NCBI GenBank assembly: GCA_001820875.1
Contig: MHRF01000005.1
Location: 4,910-68,909 of the forward strand
From: Candidatus Taylorbacteria bacterium RIFCSPHIGHO2_01_FULL_46_22b
GTDB taxonomy: Bacteria > Patescibacteriota > Minisyncoccia > Phycocordibacterales > DSPV01
Reading direction: 5' to 3'
DNA: 64,000 nucleotides
Shown here: piece after piece, positions 1 through 9,379 of the stretch
Layout: each line of letters starts with the position of its first letter
Numbering within the stretch: position 1 is the first letter of the stretch
The notes under the pieces: model-generated
Told to the model about the DNA's origin: nothing
What the model saw: only the letters and a program-made list of their open reading frames with translations
Database searches by the model: none
Program-made: the position numbers and the translations under genes

Positions 1-597
1 TCGTTTGTCAGATGCATCAATATAAGCACGCTTCACTGCAGACGATGCGTGTTCAAGTGCAACAGCTTTCACAATCTCCCGCTGTATAATCCGTTTCGCA
101 AAGGCAACTAGCTCCAGAAAAACCGCATCAATCTCAACCTTTTTCTCTTCGTAAGTACTACCAAACGCGCTGATGATACGGTCCAAAGTATACGGATAGA
201 CATCGGGTACCAGAGGAGCAAGGGGGAGACCTAGATTGTCCCCGTAGTCTATTGGCTGTACCAAGACACGATCAACCCGCGCGGAAATCTCTGCTGATCC
301 GGAAATCTCTACACCGAACTGCTTCCATAGAAGCCCAAATGCTGCGTACGGAACTTTATTGTCCCGCATACCAGCACCACCAGTTTGGTGATGGTCAAAC
401 CGATTGGCGGCAGGATCGTATATATTTCCCACATCCACTGCAAAATCTGCTTGATCGATAACCGCCTGCTCTCGACTACGTATAACCCGCACTTCAACCG
501 GCTTCTTTTCAAGAAGCAAAAGTAGAGTAGCAACCGCAAATACGTCGTCTGTGTGAAAACTACCACTATGAGTAACAATGTTTACGTGGGGATACAT
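1..597 (-). CDS. MYG1/UPF0160-family metal-dependent hydrolase, N-terminal part (gene runs off the left edge)
   Basis: Minus-strand frame from ATG at 597-595 reads MYPHVNIVTHSGSFHTDDVFAVATLLLLLEKKPVEV...FDHHQTGGAGMRDNKVPYAAFGLLWKQFG... with no stop before coordinate 1. The HSGSFHxDD and DHHQ motifs are typical of the MYG1 family. It is absent from the ORF track only because it is open-ended. Confidence 0.55.
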   Translation of the reverse strand, partial: MYPHVNIVTHSGSFHTDDVFAVATLLLLLEKKPVEVRVIRSREQAVIDQADFAVDVGNIYDPAANRFDHHQTGGAGMRDNKVPYAAFGLLWKQFGVEISGSAEISARVDRVLVQPIDYGDNLGLPLAPLVPDVYPYTLDRIISAFGSTYEEKKVEIDAVFLELVAFAKRIIQREIVKAVALEHASSAVKRAYIDASDKR

Positions 598-669
598 TTC
601 CGTTATATAGATGGTAGCCCATTGTAGCTCAAAATCAATCTATCTAAAAGTGCGAGCTTGTTTTACTCT

Positions 670-905
670 TACGGCAGAATACTCCGATGCTATGCATCGG
701 AGATGAATGCCGAATGAGGGAAGAGGGTCGGGGAAACGGGAGTTTCCCCGTGGAGGAGAGCAGCAAGCGAGTGAAGACGAGCGCAGTACCCAGCGCCAGC
801 AGGCGGCGGGTACGAGCGTTGAGAACCGAGAGGTTCTCAAAATAAAACTTGCTCGCCTAATACCCACGATCTTGCTACGGGGATATGGACGAGCGAGTTT
901 TATTC
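670..905 (+). ncRNA. candidate structured GC-rich RNA (unclassified) ending in an intrinsic terminator just upstream of eno
   Basis: Local GC is far above the surroundings. Several perfect hairpins sit on the + strand, two with GNRA tetraloops: ctccgatgc-tat-gcatcggag (691-711), ggggaaac-GGGA-gtttcccc (729-748), gagaacc-GAGA-ggttctc (820-837), gcgc..gcgc and cgcc-agca-ggcg. The 3' stem aaaacttgctcgcc/ggacgagcgagtttt is followed by a T-run (844-905). Overlapping ORFs on both strands are low-complexity and mutually exclusive. Confidence 0.3.
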
Positions 906-926
906 CAAATAATATATAATAGAGTA

Positions 927-2165
927 ATGCATGACATACAGAATATACAAGCACGCGAGATTCTCGATTCACGAGGAAATCCAACTGTAGAAGTTGATTT
1001 GACTCTATCTGACGGAGCGCTCGGACGGGCAAGCTCACCTTCGGGAGCTTCAACTGGAGTGCACGAAGCAGTCGAACTCCGAGACGGAGGAACACGGTTC
1101 GGCGGAAAAGATGTCACCAAAGCGCTACATAATATTGAGACACTGATACGACCGGCACTCGTCAACAACACATTCAATCAAGAAAAAGTAGACGCGACTC
1201 TTATCTCACTCGATGGAACAGAGAACAAATCAAAACTAGGAGCAAATGCTACACTTGCCGTTTCGCTTGCGTTTGCAGAAGCAGCAGCAAAAAGTCTCAA
1301 ACTCCCTCTCTGGAAATACATAGCACAAGAATTTCATACGGTTCCTCGCCTCCCCACACTGATGATGAACGTCCTCAACGGAGGAAAACATGCTACAGGA
1401 AGTGTCGACATACAAGAATTTATGATTGTCCCCCTGCATCAGGCTATCGCTGAATCACTACGCATCGGATCGGAAATCTATCACCTGCTCGGCAAATTAC
1501 TCTCTGAAAAAAACTATTCGACTCTCACTGGAGATGAAGGTGGATTTGCACCGGCTCTCTCATCAAACGAAGAGGTGTTCGAACTCTTGGTCACTGCAAT
1601 TATAAAAGCTGGCTATACGAGTGGCACCGGTGTATCAATCGGTATTGATGTGGCCGCATCCGAGATATTTATAGATGGCGAATATAAATTCGCGCGTGAA
1701 CATAAGACACTCTCGAGTGATGTCTTGCACACACTCTATAACTCATGGGTAACGCAATTCCCACTGTTCTCGATTGAAGACGGGTTTGCAGAAGACGCAT
1801 GGGCAGATTTCAAGAAACTTACTAATCAGGTGGGGGGAAAGATAAAAATAGTCGGAGATGATCTCTTTGCCACCAATCTTACCCGTCTTGAAAAAGGGAT
1901 CAGAGAACAAGCGGCAAACGCAATTATCATCAAACCGAACCAAATCGGCACCGTCACCGAAACTGCCCGCGTGAGTATCCGCGCAAAAGAAGCAGGATTC
2001 ACCAGAATCGCATCCCACCGGTCAGGGGAGACCGAAGACATCTCAATCGTACACCTCTGCGTCGGTCTTGGAATGGAATGTATTAAGGCTGGCGCGCCGG
2101 CAAGCGGAGAGCGAACTGCAAAATACAATGAACTGTTGCGAATTGAAGAAACCTTCAATGTCTAA
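927..2165 (+). CDS. eno: enolase (phosphopyruvate hydratase)
   Basis: MHDIQNIQAREILDSRGNPTVEVDLTL...SGETEDISIVHLCVGL... are canonical enolase motifs along the full length. Start chosen at ATG 927 (the ORF-track start 885 gives a non-conserved N-extension). A TATAAT at 915-920 lies 6 nt upstream of the ATG. Confidence 0.93.
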   Translation: MHDIQNIQAREILDSRGNPTVEVDLTLSDGALGRASSPSGASTGVHEAVELRDGGTRFGGKDVTKALHNIETLIRPALVNNTFNQEKVDATLISLDGTENKSKLGANATLAVSLAFAEAAAKSLKLPLWKYIAQEFHTVPRLPTLMMNVLNGGKHATGSVDIQEFMIVPLHQAIAESLRIGSEIYHLLGKLLSEKNYSTLTGDEGGFAPALSSNEEVFELLVTAIIKAGYTSGTGVSIGIDVAASEIFIDGEYKFAREHKTLSSDVLHTLYNSWVTQFPLFSIEDGFAEDAWADFKKLTNQVGGKIKIVGDDLFATNLTRLEKGIREQAANAIIIKPNQIGTVTETARVSIRAKEAGFTRIASHRSGETEDISIVHLCVGLGMECIKAGAPASGERTAKYNELLRIEETFNV

Positions 2166-2169
2166 ACCT

Positions 2170-2838
2170 ATGAACGAGAAACTTTTTATTTATCTTTTTC
2201 GACACGGACAGACTACCTACAATCGGGATGAAAAATTCACTGGATGGGACAATCCCCCACTGACTAAACTCGGCTTACAGCAAGCACAAATAATCGCTGA
2301 AAAATTGAAAGACAAGCGATTCTCAATCGCCTATCACACATCACTTATCCGCTCAAAGAACACACTTGAAGAAGTGCTTAAGTTTCATCCGGAATGTACG
2401 CGTATTTTAGAAGATAATCGCATGATTGAACGCAACTACGGAAAATTAAATGGTACAACCCACCAGCAATTTATAGAAGATATGGGGAAAAAACTCTACG
2501 AACTGGAAGTCGAGGGAGATCTTATACACGAACTCTCGACTGAAGGGAAACGCGAAGTGGAGCAATTCTTAGGCGAACAAAAGTACAACTTGATACATCG
2601 GGGTTACCACATTCCCCCTCCCGAAGGCGAAAGTTTTTCCATGGTAGAAATTCGGGTCCAATCATTTATTAATGACTTGCTTCCCCTCATGAAAAAAGAA
2701 CGCGTCAGTGTTGCGCTCTCCGCACACGGAAATTCAATCCGCCTCTTCCGAAAAATAATGGAGCGTGCTGACATACCAACAGCGACTTCATGGGTTATCC
2801 CTTTTGATTCTTTCTACGAATACGAAATTGGTCTCTAG
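2170..2838 (+). CDS. histidine phosphatase superfamily, phosphoglycerate-mutase-like
   Basis: LFRHGQTTYNRDEKFTGWDNPPLTKLG matches the GpmA-type RHG catalytic motif and the TGW.D.L loop. It starts 5 nt after the eno stop, giving a glycolytic pair. Confidence 0.6.
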   Translation: MNEKLFIYLFRHGQTTYNRDEKFTGWDNPPLTKLGLQQAQIIAEKLKDKRFSIAYHTSLIRSKNTLEEVLKFHPECTRILEDNRMIERNYGKLNGTTHQQFIEDMGKKLYELEVEGDLIHELSTEGKREVEQFLGEQKYNLIHRGYHIPPPEGESFSMVEIRVQSFINDLLPLMKKERVSVALSAHGNSIRLFRKIMERADIPTATSWVIPFDSFYEYEIGL

Positions 2839-2843
2839 CATCT

Positions 2844-3287
2844 CTACTTGGAGTGATTGTGGCGCTCAATCTTCTCAAGTTTCTCAATCCCCTTCTCAAT
2901 CAATTTTAGTTCTTCACGCACTTCGGAAATAGCTACCGATTCAGATTTTATTTCTTCTTCGGTTTTCTCAATCACTTTTTTCTCCTGACGGATGCCGGAT
3001 AAGACAATCCTATCTCCAACGAAAAACGAAACAAAGAGACCTGTTATAAGCATAATGACAACACTGATGATGATAGACGAAATTGATGAAAGACCAATCT
3101 CATCGGCAAGCATCCAGACGCCACGCCAAAAGAGAACGATCGCAACGCCTCCCACTAAACTATACAAAATGGGATGGTGACTCAAGCGCGCTCGTACGTG
3201 ATCTTCAAGATGATCAAAAAATTTCCACACTCTATGAACAGCGCCTTTATTAGGTTCAGAATTCATATCTCTATTATACGTGCCCAC
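2844..3287 (-). CDS. hypothetical small membrane protein with C-terminal coiled coil
   Basis: 147 aa with two hydrophobic helices (LYSLVGGVAIVLFWRGVWML; IISVVIMLITGLFVSFFV) followed by a K/E-rich heptad-like tail. No family recognised. Confidence 0.35.
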   Translation of the reverse strand: MGTYNRDMNSEPNKGAVHRVWKFFDHLEDHVRARLSHHPILYSLVGGVAIVLFWRGVWMLADEIGLSSISSIIISVVIMLITGLFVSFFVGDRIVLSGIRQEKKVIEKTEEEIKSESVAISEVREELKLIEKGIEKLEKIERHNHSK

Positions 3288-3297
3288 ATATCAAAGC

Positions 3298-4086
3298 TCA
3301 ATCAAGCTTAAGCAACTTCCCTTTCATTTTGACTACCGCAAATGAACGGTAGAAATACCAAGAAAGCAACACAAAGAAAATAATATTGGAGACAATCGCG
3401 CCAAGCAATAGCCCACTCGGCAACATTCCAGTAGCAATAACAGCTCGCATTCCTTCAAAAACATACGTGGGCGGCAAGAGATAGGCAACCCACTGAAGCA
3501 TTTGTGGGAGAACCGACACTGGATAGAACACTGCAGCAAATGGCTGAACTAGAAACAACATCCCGAACGCAAGCACTTGCGCGGATGTCCCATAGCGTAA
3601 AATAAGTGCAGTGGTAAAGAGACCGACTGCCGCTCCAAACACCAAGAGATTTAACACAAATGGGATGAGTGAAAATCCAAAGATAAGCAAATTGAGGTGA
3701 TAGAAAAAGAACGCAATAAGCGCCATCAAGAGACCTACGGCAACAATCCGCAACAACGCAAGTATAATGGTTGAGGCGAGAAATTCGCTCAATCGAAGAG
3801 GCGAAACAAAAATATTCAGAAAATTCCGTTCCCAAACATCTTCAAGAAATGCCACCGATACTGCACGTTGCGATTGAGTTAGTAAATCCCAGAAAATCAC
3901 TGCCCCCAAAAGCACCGTTACCGCATTGAATCCGACAATATTGAGTTTGTTTATATAGAGACTCAAAAATCCCCAGAGCAGAAGCTCGAGTATCGGCCAG
4001 AAAAAAATATCCATTAAGCGCGGCATTGATCGCTTAAAGAGATAGAGATGGCGGATGATGAGTGCTTGAATTCTATACCAGCGCAT
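3298..4086 (-). CDS. ABC-2 type transporter permease
   Basis: Six predicted TM helices with ABC-2 family architecture. Start taken at MRWYRIQ (4086), 4 nt downstream of the upstream ATPase stop. Confidence 0.6.
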   Translation of the reverse strand: MRWYRIQALIIRHLYLFKRSMPRLMDIFFWPILELLLWGFLSLYINKLNIVGFNAVTVLLGAVIFWDLLTQSQRAVSVAFLEDVWERNFLNIFVSPLRLSEFLASTIILALLRIVAVGLLMALIAFFFYHLNLLIFGFSLIPFVLNLLVFGAAVGLFTTALILRYGTSAQVLAFGMLFLVQPFAAVFYPVSVLPQMLQWVAYLLPPTYVFEGMRAVIATGMLPSGLLLGAIVSNIIFFVLLSWYFYRSFAVVKMKGKLLKLD

Positions 4087-4090
4087 AGTA

Positions 4091-4834
4091 TTAATCTTCT
4101 TCTTTGCTAAATTCCGATCCACGAGCGATGGTGAGAAACACCTCATTTAAATCTTTATGGCCGTATTTTTTGACTAAGTCCGTGGGTGTCCCCTGATCTT
4201 TGAAACTTCCCTGATCAATAAAGATCACGGTATCACAAATTTCCTCGACTTCTTCCATGTTATGAGACGTATAGAGAATCGTCACCCCCCGCTCATTCTT
4301 GATGCGCTGAAGCATTTTTCGTGTTCGATCGGCAATATCAGGATCAAGCGAGGCAGTCGGTTCATCAAGCAAAAGAAGCTTGGGATCGTTTAAAAGCGCC
4401 TTGGTTAAATTCAGGCGAGTAAGTTGCCCCGTGGAAAGCGTTGAGGTCATACGTCCAAGTAGTTTGCGGATATTGAAAAAATCAGCGAGTTCGTCAATCT
4501 TTCCCCATACATCTTTCACCCCATAGAGCCTCGCAAAAGTGGCGAGATTTTCGCGCACACGAAGATTCCCCGGAAGCGAAACATAAGGTGAAGAGAAATT
4601 CATTTTTCCAAGCACTTCCTCACGATTATCATGTATGGGTAATCCAAAAACATTGATAGTGCCCGATGTTGGGGTTATCAAATCAAGTATCATTTGAATG
4701 GTCGTGGTCTTTCCTGCACCATTCGGACCAAGAAGACCGGTGATAGTCCCTTCCTGCACTTCAAATGAAAGTCCGTTCACGGCCTTGACCGGCCCAAATT
4801 CTTTGACTAGATCTTGTACTTCGAGAATAGCCAT
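4091..4834 (-). CDS. ABC transporter ATP-binding protein
   Basis: Walker A GPNGAGKTTT, signature LSTGQLTRL and Walker B LLLLDEPTASLD are all present. Confidence 0.85.
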   Translation of the reverse strand: MAILEVQDLVKEFGPVKAVNGLSFEVQEGTITGLLGPNGAGKTTTIQMILDLITPTSGTINVFGLPIHDNREEVLGKMNFSSPYVSLPGNLRVRENLATFARLYGVKDVWGKIDELADFFNIRKLLGRMTSTLSTGQLTRLNLTKALLNDPKLLLLDEPTASLDPDIADRTRKMLQRIKNERGVTILYTSHNMEEVEEICDTVIFIDQGSFKDQGTPTDLVKKYGHKDLNEVFLTIARGSEFSKEED

Positions 4835-4893
4835 ACAGCAAAGTAGTATAACATAGAGTGTATCTACTAAATCAAGTCTGCCGAAAACTTGTA

Positions 4894-6120
4894 CTAGAGT
4901 GTAAACTGACCGTTTTTGTAGATTACTTTCGTCTTACCGTTTTTGAGATGTGCAGTTACTGTCCGCGGTGCGGTAGAGATAATATCGGTGTGTACTGATG
5001 AATCATTGTAGCCAAGATTTTCCCAATCCTGCGGTGACAATTCACCCGGATCATCAATGTAACAATCTTGATAGGACTTCCCGAGCGCCAGATGGGTATT
5101 TCCATTTTTACCCCCGATATTTTCATCAAAGAGAGTGTTGGCCATAAATTTGGTAATGCGAGAGAACCGACGATCGGTAAGCGAATACTCTCCAATCTTG
5201 TCAGCATTTTTTGTTGCAATCATCTGCTTGAGGACTTTCTCATTTTTCCGAGCTTTCGCCCTCACCACCCTTCCATTCTTAAACTCAAGCTCCACTCCTT
5301 CAATTAAAACACCGTATTGATAGAGTGGCTGATTGAAACGAATCCACCCTTCTGTCCCCCGCCAATCAGGAGAGGTAAATAATTCAAACGAGGGAATGTT
5401 GCGCCCGCTGCCTCCCATCCATTTTCGTTTCTTTCCAAGGTGAATCCACAAATCAGCATCGGGACCGACAACATGCAGCCTCTCGATCGGCAATGCATTA
5501 AGTTTCAATCGAGTTTTCTCAAGATCACGGTACAACTTCTTCCATTCAGCAATCGGATTCTTTTTATCCAAGAAGCACGCTTTAATAATTTGTTGCCAGT
5601 ATTCTTTCAATGACATCCTTGCTTCCTTCGCCTCTGCCTCCGTACCGTACAATCCCAAGGTCCACGTGTATTGGCCTTTATTCTCTTTCTCTCGGCGCCA
5701 ATCCATAAATGGCTTCCACGCAAGACCCTTCTGCATGATTTTCTTCGGATCAATACCTTCAAGCTCATGCATGTCAGTCTCGCTCAAAATAAATATGTTG
5801 TGATCAATCTCATCGAGCATTCCCTTTGCAAACTTCTTAGGGAAAAACGAGAGTTGATGGGGTTTGGCGTGCAGGAAAAAATCACGGTCAAATGGGAAAC
5901 GATCGCCCGAATCAGGACGATAATCTCCAATCACGTGTCCGCCAGCTTTTAAAATCGCGAGGCGCAACTCGCGATACAAAGGCTTTGCGATTTCATAGGC
6001 AACCAAGTGAACTACATCGCCTTTCTTGATTCCCTTTCCACTTCGGAGTGCGAAATTAACCAGTACATCTGCATATCGTTCCAAGATTTTTTTCGGGGGC
6101 GTATACATATATACTCGCAT
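4894..6120 (-). CDS. M29-family aminopeptidase (AmpS/aminopeptidase T-like)
   Basis: Colinear similarity to thermophilic aminopeptidase T/AmpS: ILERYADVLVNFALRSGKGIKKGDVVHL... and the C-terminal TLFDENIGGKNGNTHLALGKSY...SVHTDII. Alternative start at 6108. Confidence 0.55.
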   Translation of the reverse strand: MRVYMYTPPKKILERYADVLVNFALRSGKGIKKGDVVHLVAYEIAKPLYRELRLAILKAGGHVIGDYRPDSGDRFPFDRDFFLHAKPHQLSFFPKKFAKGMLDEIDHNIFILSETDMHELEGIDPKKIMQKGLAWKPFMDWRREKENKGQYTWTLGLYGTEAEAKEARMSLKEYWQQIIKACFLDKKNPIAEWKKLYRDLEKTRLKLNALPIERLHVVGPDADLWIHLGKKRKWMGGSGRNIPSFELFTSPDWRGTEGWIRFNQPLYQYGVLIEGVELEFKNGRVVRAKARKNEKVLKQMIATKNADKIGEYSLTDRRFSRITKFMANTLFDENIGGKNGNTHLALGKSYQDCYIDDPGELSPQDWENLGYNDSSVHTDIISTAPRTVTAHLKNGKTKVIYKNGQFTL

Positions 6121-6143
6121 TGTGCCCGAAAAGGAATGTCGGG

Positions 6144-6836
6144 TCAATCCCGCGGCTTGTTTCTCTTCAATATTTCCTCCGCCTTCGCAAGATCTTCAGG
6201 ATATCCAATAGGAATCCACAAAGATTGAGGCACCGCAACGACTGGATGATCTTTCACTAATTGCCCGATCGCTTCGGCAAGATAATATTCCCCATTTTCA
6301 TGTTGGGGTGGTTCATAAGAAAAAATCCGTCCATCAAGAACCGCAGGGCCAGTCACCACCAAGTTGCTCGGCGGCACTTTCGGTTTCTCAACAATATCCG
6401 CTACCTGTCCGTTCTTGTTAAGTGTTACCACCCCAAACTTCTCCGGTTGTTCCACCTCTTTGACGAGTACTGATAGTGGGTGTTTAAGAAGTTCCTCAAG
6501 GTCTTTAGCACCATTTAAATCATCGGCATACAATGAAAGAAACCGCTCTCCGCCAAGCGAATCTTTGCATAGCGCAAGCGCCCGCGCTGTACCATCTCGC
6601 TTCTCCTGAAAGATATAGGAGAGTTTGAATCGTCCGAATTTCTCTCCAAAATGAGCTTGAATCTGTTCCCCTCGATATCCAAGCACTAAAATAACTTCAT
6701 CGACTTCTGGGGGCAGAGCCTCGAATAAATGTTCGAGCAGCGGCTTGCCCGCTAGGTGCACTAATGGCTTGGGGATTTTATCCGTCAGCGGACGCAATCG
6801 TTTTCCTTCTCCTGCTGCAAGAATAACTGCTTTCAT
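6144..6836 (-). CDS. sugar-1-phosphate nucleotidyltransferase (NTP_transferase family)
   Basis: MKAVILAAGEGKRLRPLTDKIPKPLVHLAGKPLLEH is the G-x-G-x-R-L nucleotidyltransferase signature; short-form enzyme. Confidence 0.7.
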   Translation of the reverse strand: MKAVILAAGEGKRLRPLTDKIPKPLVHLAGKPLLEHLFEALPPEVDEVILVLGYRGEQIQAHFGEKFGRFKLSYIFQEKRDGTARALALCKDSLGGERFLSLYADDLNGAKDLEELLKHPLSVLVKEVEQPEKFGVVTLNKNGQVADIVEKPKVPPSNLVVTGPAVLDGRIFSYEPPQHENGEYYLAEAIGQLVKDHPVVAVPQSLWIPIGYPEDLAKAEEILKRNKPRD

Positions 6837-6839
6837 ATA

Positions 6840-7289
6840 CTAGAAAAAATTTTGTAATACTCGATCAAATCCCGGCAACACATTGTACTTCTGAACATCT
6901 TGTATGGGAACCCAAGCAAATTCTTTTGCCTCCCAATCAAGGTGTACTTTATTGGTAGTCACATCAACCAATAGAGGGTGCACAATCCATGTTTTCTTAT
7001 ACTCGGGCGCATCTTGATGAAAGATGGTGCCGAGTCGTATTTCCTGTATGTGATCGGGAGACATTCCTAATTCCTCTTGTATTTCCTCTTTTGCTTTATC
7101 TTCTAGACTCTGCTGATCATCTAAAAACCCTGAAATGCCATTCCAAAAATCGGGATAAAGTTTTAAATCACTACTTCGTTTAACCAAAAGCATTTTGCCT
7201 TCGTAGCGCAAAACACAATTGATAACCGGCACCCAGCGAATGTTCGTGTAATCAGTCTGGCCGGTCTTAGGAGAAAAAGGCTTCTGCAT
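6840..7289 (-). CDS. NUDIX hydrolase
   Basis: Canonical Nudix box GFLDDQQSLEDKAKEEIQEELG (G-x5-E-x7-REUxEExGU). Confidence 0.75.
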   Translation of the reverse strand: MQKPFSPKTGQTDYTNIRWVPVINCVLRYEGKMLLVKRSSDLKLYPDFWNGISGFLDDQQSLEDKAKEEIQEELGMSPDHIQEIRLGTIFHQDAPEYKKTWIVHPLLVDVTTNKVHLDWEAKEFAWVPIQDVQKYNVLPGFDRVLQNFF

Positions 7290-7295
7290 AATTCT

Positions 7296-7760
7296 TTATT
7301 TTTTCTTGCGCTCCTCATGCTTCGCTAAGAGCCATGAACTTGATTGTATCTTTCCGCCATGTCCGACGTTATACGCCATGTCTATCCCAAGTTCTTCGCA
7401 CAATGCTACTTCAGGCACCGGATCGCCATCGGGCTTCCGATCTCCCCCGTTTGCAAAAATATCGGGCTTCAGTAATTTCAATTCGGCGCACACACTCATA
7501 TCTTGAGGATTTTCTTCATGTAAAGTCAGCATCACTCTGTCTACTGGCCGAAGCGATTCGATAATCTCTTTTCGCTCCTGTGCAGGCATAAACGCGTACC
7601 CTTTCTTCGCAACAAGCCACTGATCATTGTTGAGAATCACCACAAGCTCATCTCCTAATTTTCGCGCTTCCTCAAACATCCGAACATGGCCAATATGCAA
7701 AGGATCGAATCCTCCGCTGACTGCTACTACAATTTTCTCCTTTGATCCTTTTTCTTTCAT
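7296..7760 (-). CDS. cytidylyltransferase-like nucleotidyltransferase (RfaE domain II / TagD-like, HIGH motif)
   Basis: GGFDPLHIGHVRMFEEARKLGDELVVILNNDQ...ANGGD aligns with heptose-1-P adenylyltransferase domain II and other PF01467 members. There is no kinase domain. Confidence 0.6.
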   Translation of the reverse strand: MKEKGSKEKIVVAVSGGFDPLHIGHVRMFEEARKLGDELVVILNNDQWLVAKKGYAFMPAQERKEIIESLRPVDRVMLTLHEENPQDMSVCAELKLLKPDIFANGGDRKPDGDPVPEVALCEELGIDMAYNVGHGGKIQSSSWLLAKHEERKKK

Positions 7761-8296
7761 TTTCCAAATTCCTGCTCCAGATGAATGAGGGCTGTACGCA
7801 AAGCTTGCTTGGTATATGCTTTCCGATCCATGCGCCCTTTGGTAAAGAAACCAATAGCGCCTCCCTCCGAACCGATGTGCTTGCTGTCTGTCAAACCCGC
7901 TTTATGCATTGCCTGATTTATAGTTAAACCTCCTTTAGTGATAGATTCTGCGATAGATGCATCAGGAAATTCCCACGCGGATGAAAGTCCAAGATGAAAC
8001 TCTCTGCCATCATAAATGGCACACGCACAAATGTCCATATAGCCAGTCTTGGTATGCGGCACAGCCATCATCCCCGATTCCAGTCCAATACTGTACATAC
8101 AATCATGGAACGCCGCCCGAGCGCGATTCATTGCACCCTGTATCGTTTCATCTAGAGAAAGTGGCTCATCTGAGACTCCTGATGCAACTTCTACACCCTG
8201 AACCCCTGCAGAGGCAAGATGCGGATACTCTTGGATAATCTCTGCTACAGCGCCTACTTTTACTTTATTTTGCGAACCAACGTGTATGATCAGCAC
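7757..8296 (-). CDS. YjjX-family non-canonical purine NTP phosphatase (ITPase/XTPase)
   Basis: N-terminal VGSQNKVKVGAVAE and C-terminal GGAIGFFTKGRMDRKAYTKQALRTAL mirror E. coli YjjX (TTNPAKI...[26 protein letters not shown]). ATGA overlap with the downstream gene. Confidence 0.65.
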   Translation of the reverse strand: MLIIHVGSQNKVKVGAVAEIIQEYPHLASAGVQGVEVASGVSDEPLSLDETIQGAMNRARAAFHDCMYSIGLESGMMAVPHTKTGYMDICACAIYDGREFHLGLSSAWEFPDASIAESITKGGLTINQAMHKAGLTDSKHIGSEGGAIGFFTKGRMDRKAYTKQALRTALIHLEQEFGK

Positions 8297-8314
8297 GATT
8301 CTGTATTTAATAGA

Positions 8315-9352
8315 TTACGCAGTATTCTTCGTCTGCCCAAATATACGAGGATATAAATCAGCAAGTACGTACAGTAAACTCACCACGACCGGACCAGCGA
8401 TAAATCCCACGAGCCCGAAAAAGCTGATACCCCCGAGCACTGAAAGCAAAATTAACAACGGGTGAATCGAGATGGATCGAGTCAGTAAAAGCGGACGCAA
8501 GAGGTTGTCGAGCAGTCCAACCACCAGAGCTCCCCATGCAAAAAGTATGACCGCTGGTATCAGGCTCCCCGTTGAAAACAGAAAAATAATCCCCGGAATA
8601 AGCACGAGCGAAGTTCCAAAGCTTGGGATAAGTGCCGCAACAACGCCAAACGCGCCGAAGATTACTGGGTTGGGAATACCGGTAAACCAGAAACCAAGTG
8701 CGATAAACACGCCCTGCAGAAATGCGATTAAAAGAGATCCGCGCACCACGGAATTCACCGCTCGCTCAATGTGATTGAAAATATCTCGATCGTAGGCGTC
8801 TTCAAGCGGACTGTACAACAACAATTTTTTCTTAAACGCCTCACTATCTTTGAAGAAATAAAAGAGCGCGAGAGACATCAGCGCAAGTCCGACGATAAAT
8901 CGCATGAAGCCGGAAAAGAACGAACCGAGATGATCAACAAACCACGAAGCGGCTTGACTCACATACATCCCAATATCTATGGAAACATCCGGAACCACAG
9001 CGGACAGATAATTTTCAAGCGTGCGTTCAAACCCCTGCAAGAAATCTGCATTATAATTTCCGCTTGCAAGCGTCAAATATAGATTACGCGCATCATCAAA
9101 CAGGAGAGAACCAAACACTAAAAACGGGATAAACACGAGCACAATAATCAGCGCGAGCGTGAACAAAGAAGAAAGTGCATGTCTACCGCCGCAAAAACGA
9201 TCCACAAAGTGGTACAGGGGCTTAAATACAATAAAGAAAACAAACGCGAGGAAAAGCGCGGTGAGGTACGGCTGGAAAATGAAAAAAGACATCGCGAGAA
9301 CCGTCAATATCAGAAAAACAAAAAATATGGTTTGGGCGCGAGCGGTATACAT
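8315..9352 (-). CDS. AI-2E family transporter (PerM-like)
   Basis: 345 aa with about 8 TM helices and typical AI-2E spacing (N-terminal FFIFQPYL...; long hydrophobic C-terminal half). Confidence 0.6.
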   Translation of the reverse strand: MYTARAQTIFFVFLILTVLAMSFFIFQPYLTALFLAFVFFIVFKPLYHFVDRFCGGRHALSSLFTLALIIVLVFIPFLVFGSLLFDDARNLYLTLASGNYNADFLQGFERTLENYLSAVVPDVSIDIGMYVSQAASWFVDHLGSFFSGFMRFIVGLALMSLALFYFFKDSEAFKKKLLLYSPLEDAYDRDIFNHIERAVNSVVRGSLLIAFLQGVFIALGFWFTGIPNPVIFGAFGVVAALIPSFGTSLVLIPGIIFLFSTGSLIPAVILFAWGALVVGLLDNLLRPLLLTRSISIHPLLILLSVLGGISFFGLVGFIAGPVVVSLLYVLADLYPRIFGQTKNTA

Positions 9353-9379
9353 GGTATCTATACTATAACGTACTGTACT

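Noticed and set aside
640-1177. ORF-track ORFs 640-1095(-), 707-919(+), 875-1177(-) in the region upstream of eno
   Set aside because: They overlap each other and the 5' end of eno on different strands, translate to low-complexity Arg/Ser/Glu-rich strings, and coincide with a hairpin-dense GC-rich segment. The region is better explained as structured RNA or UTR.
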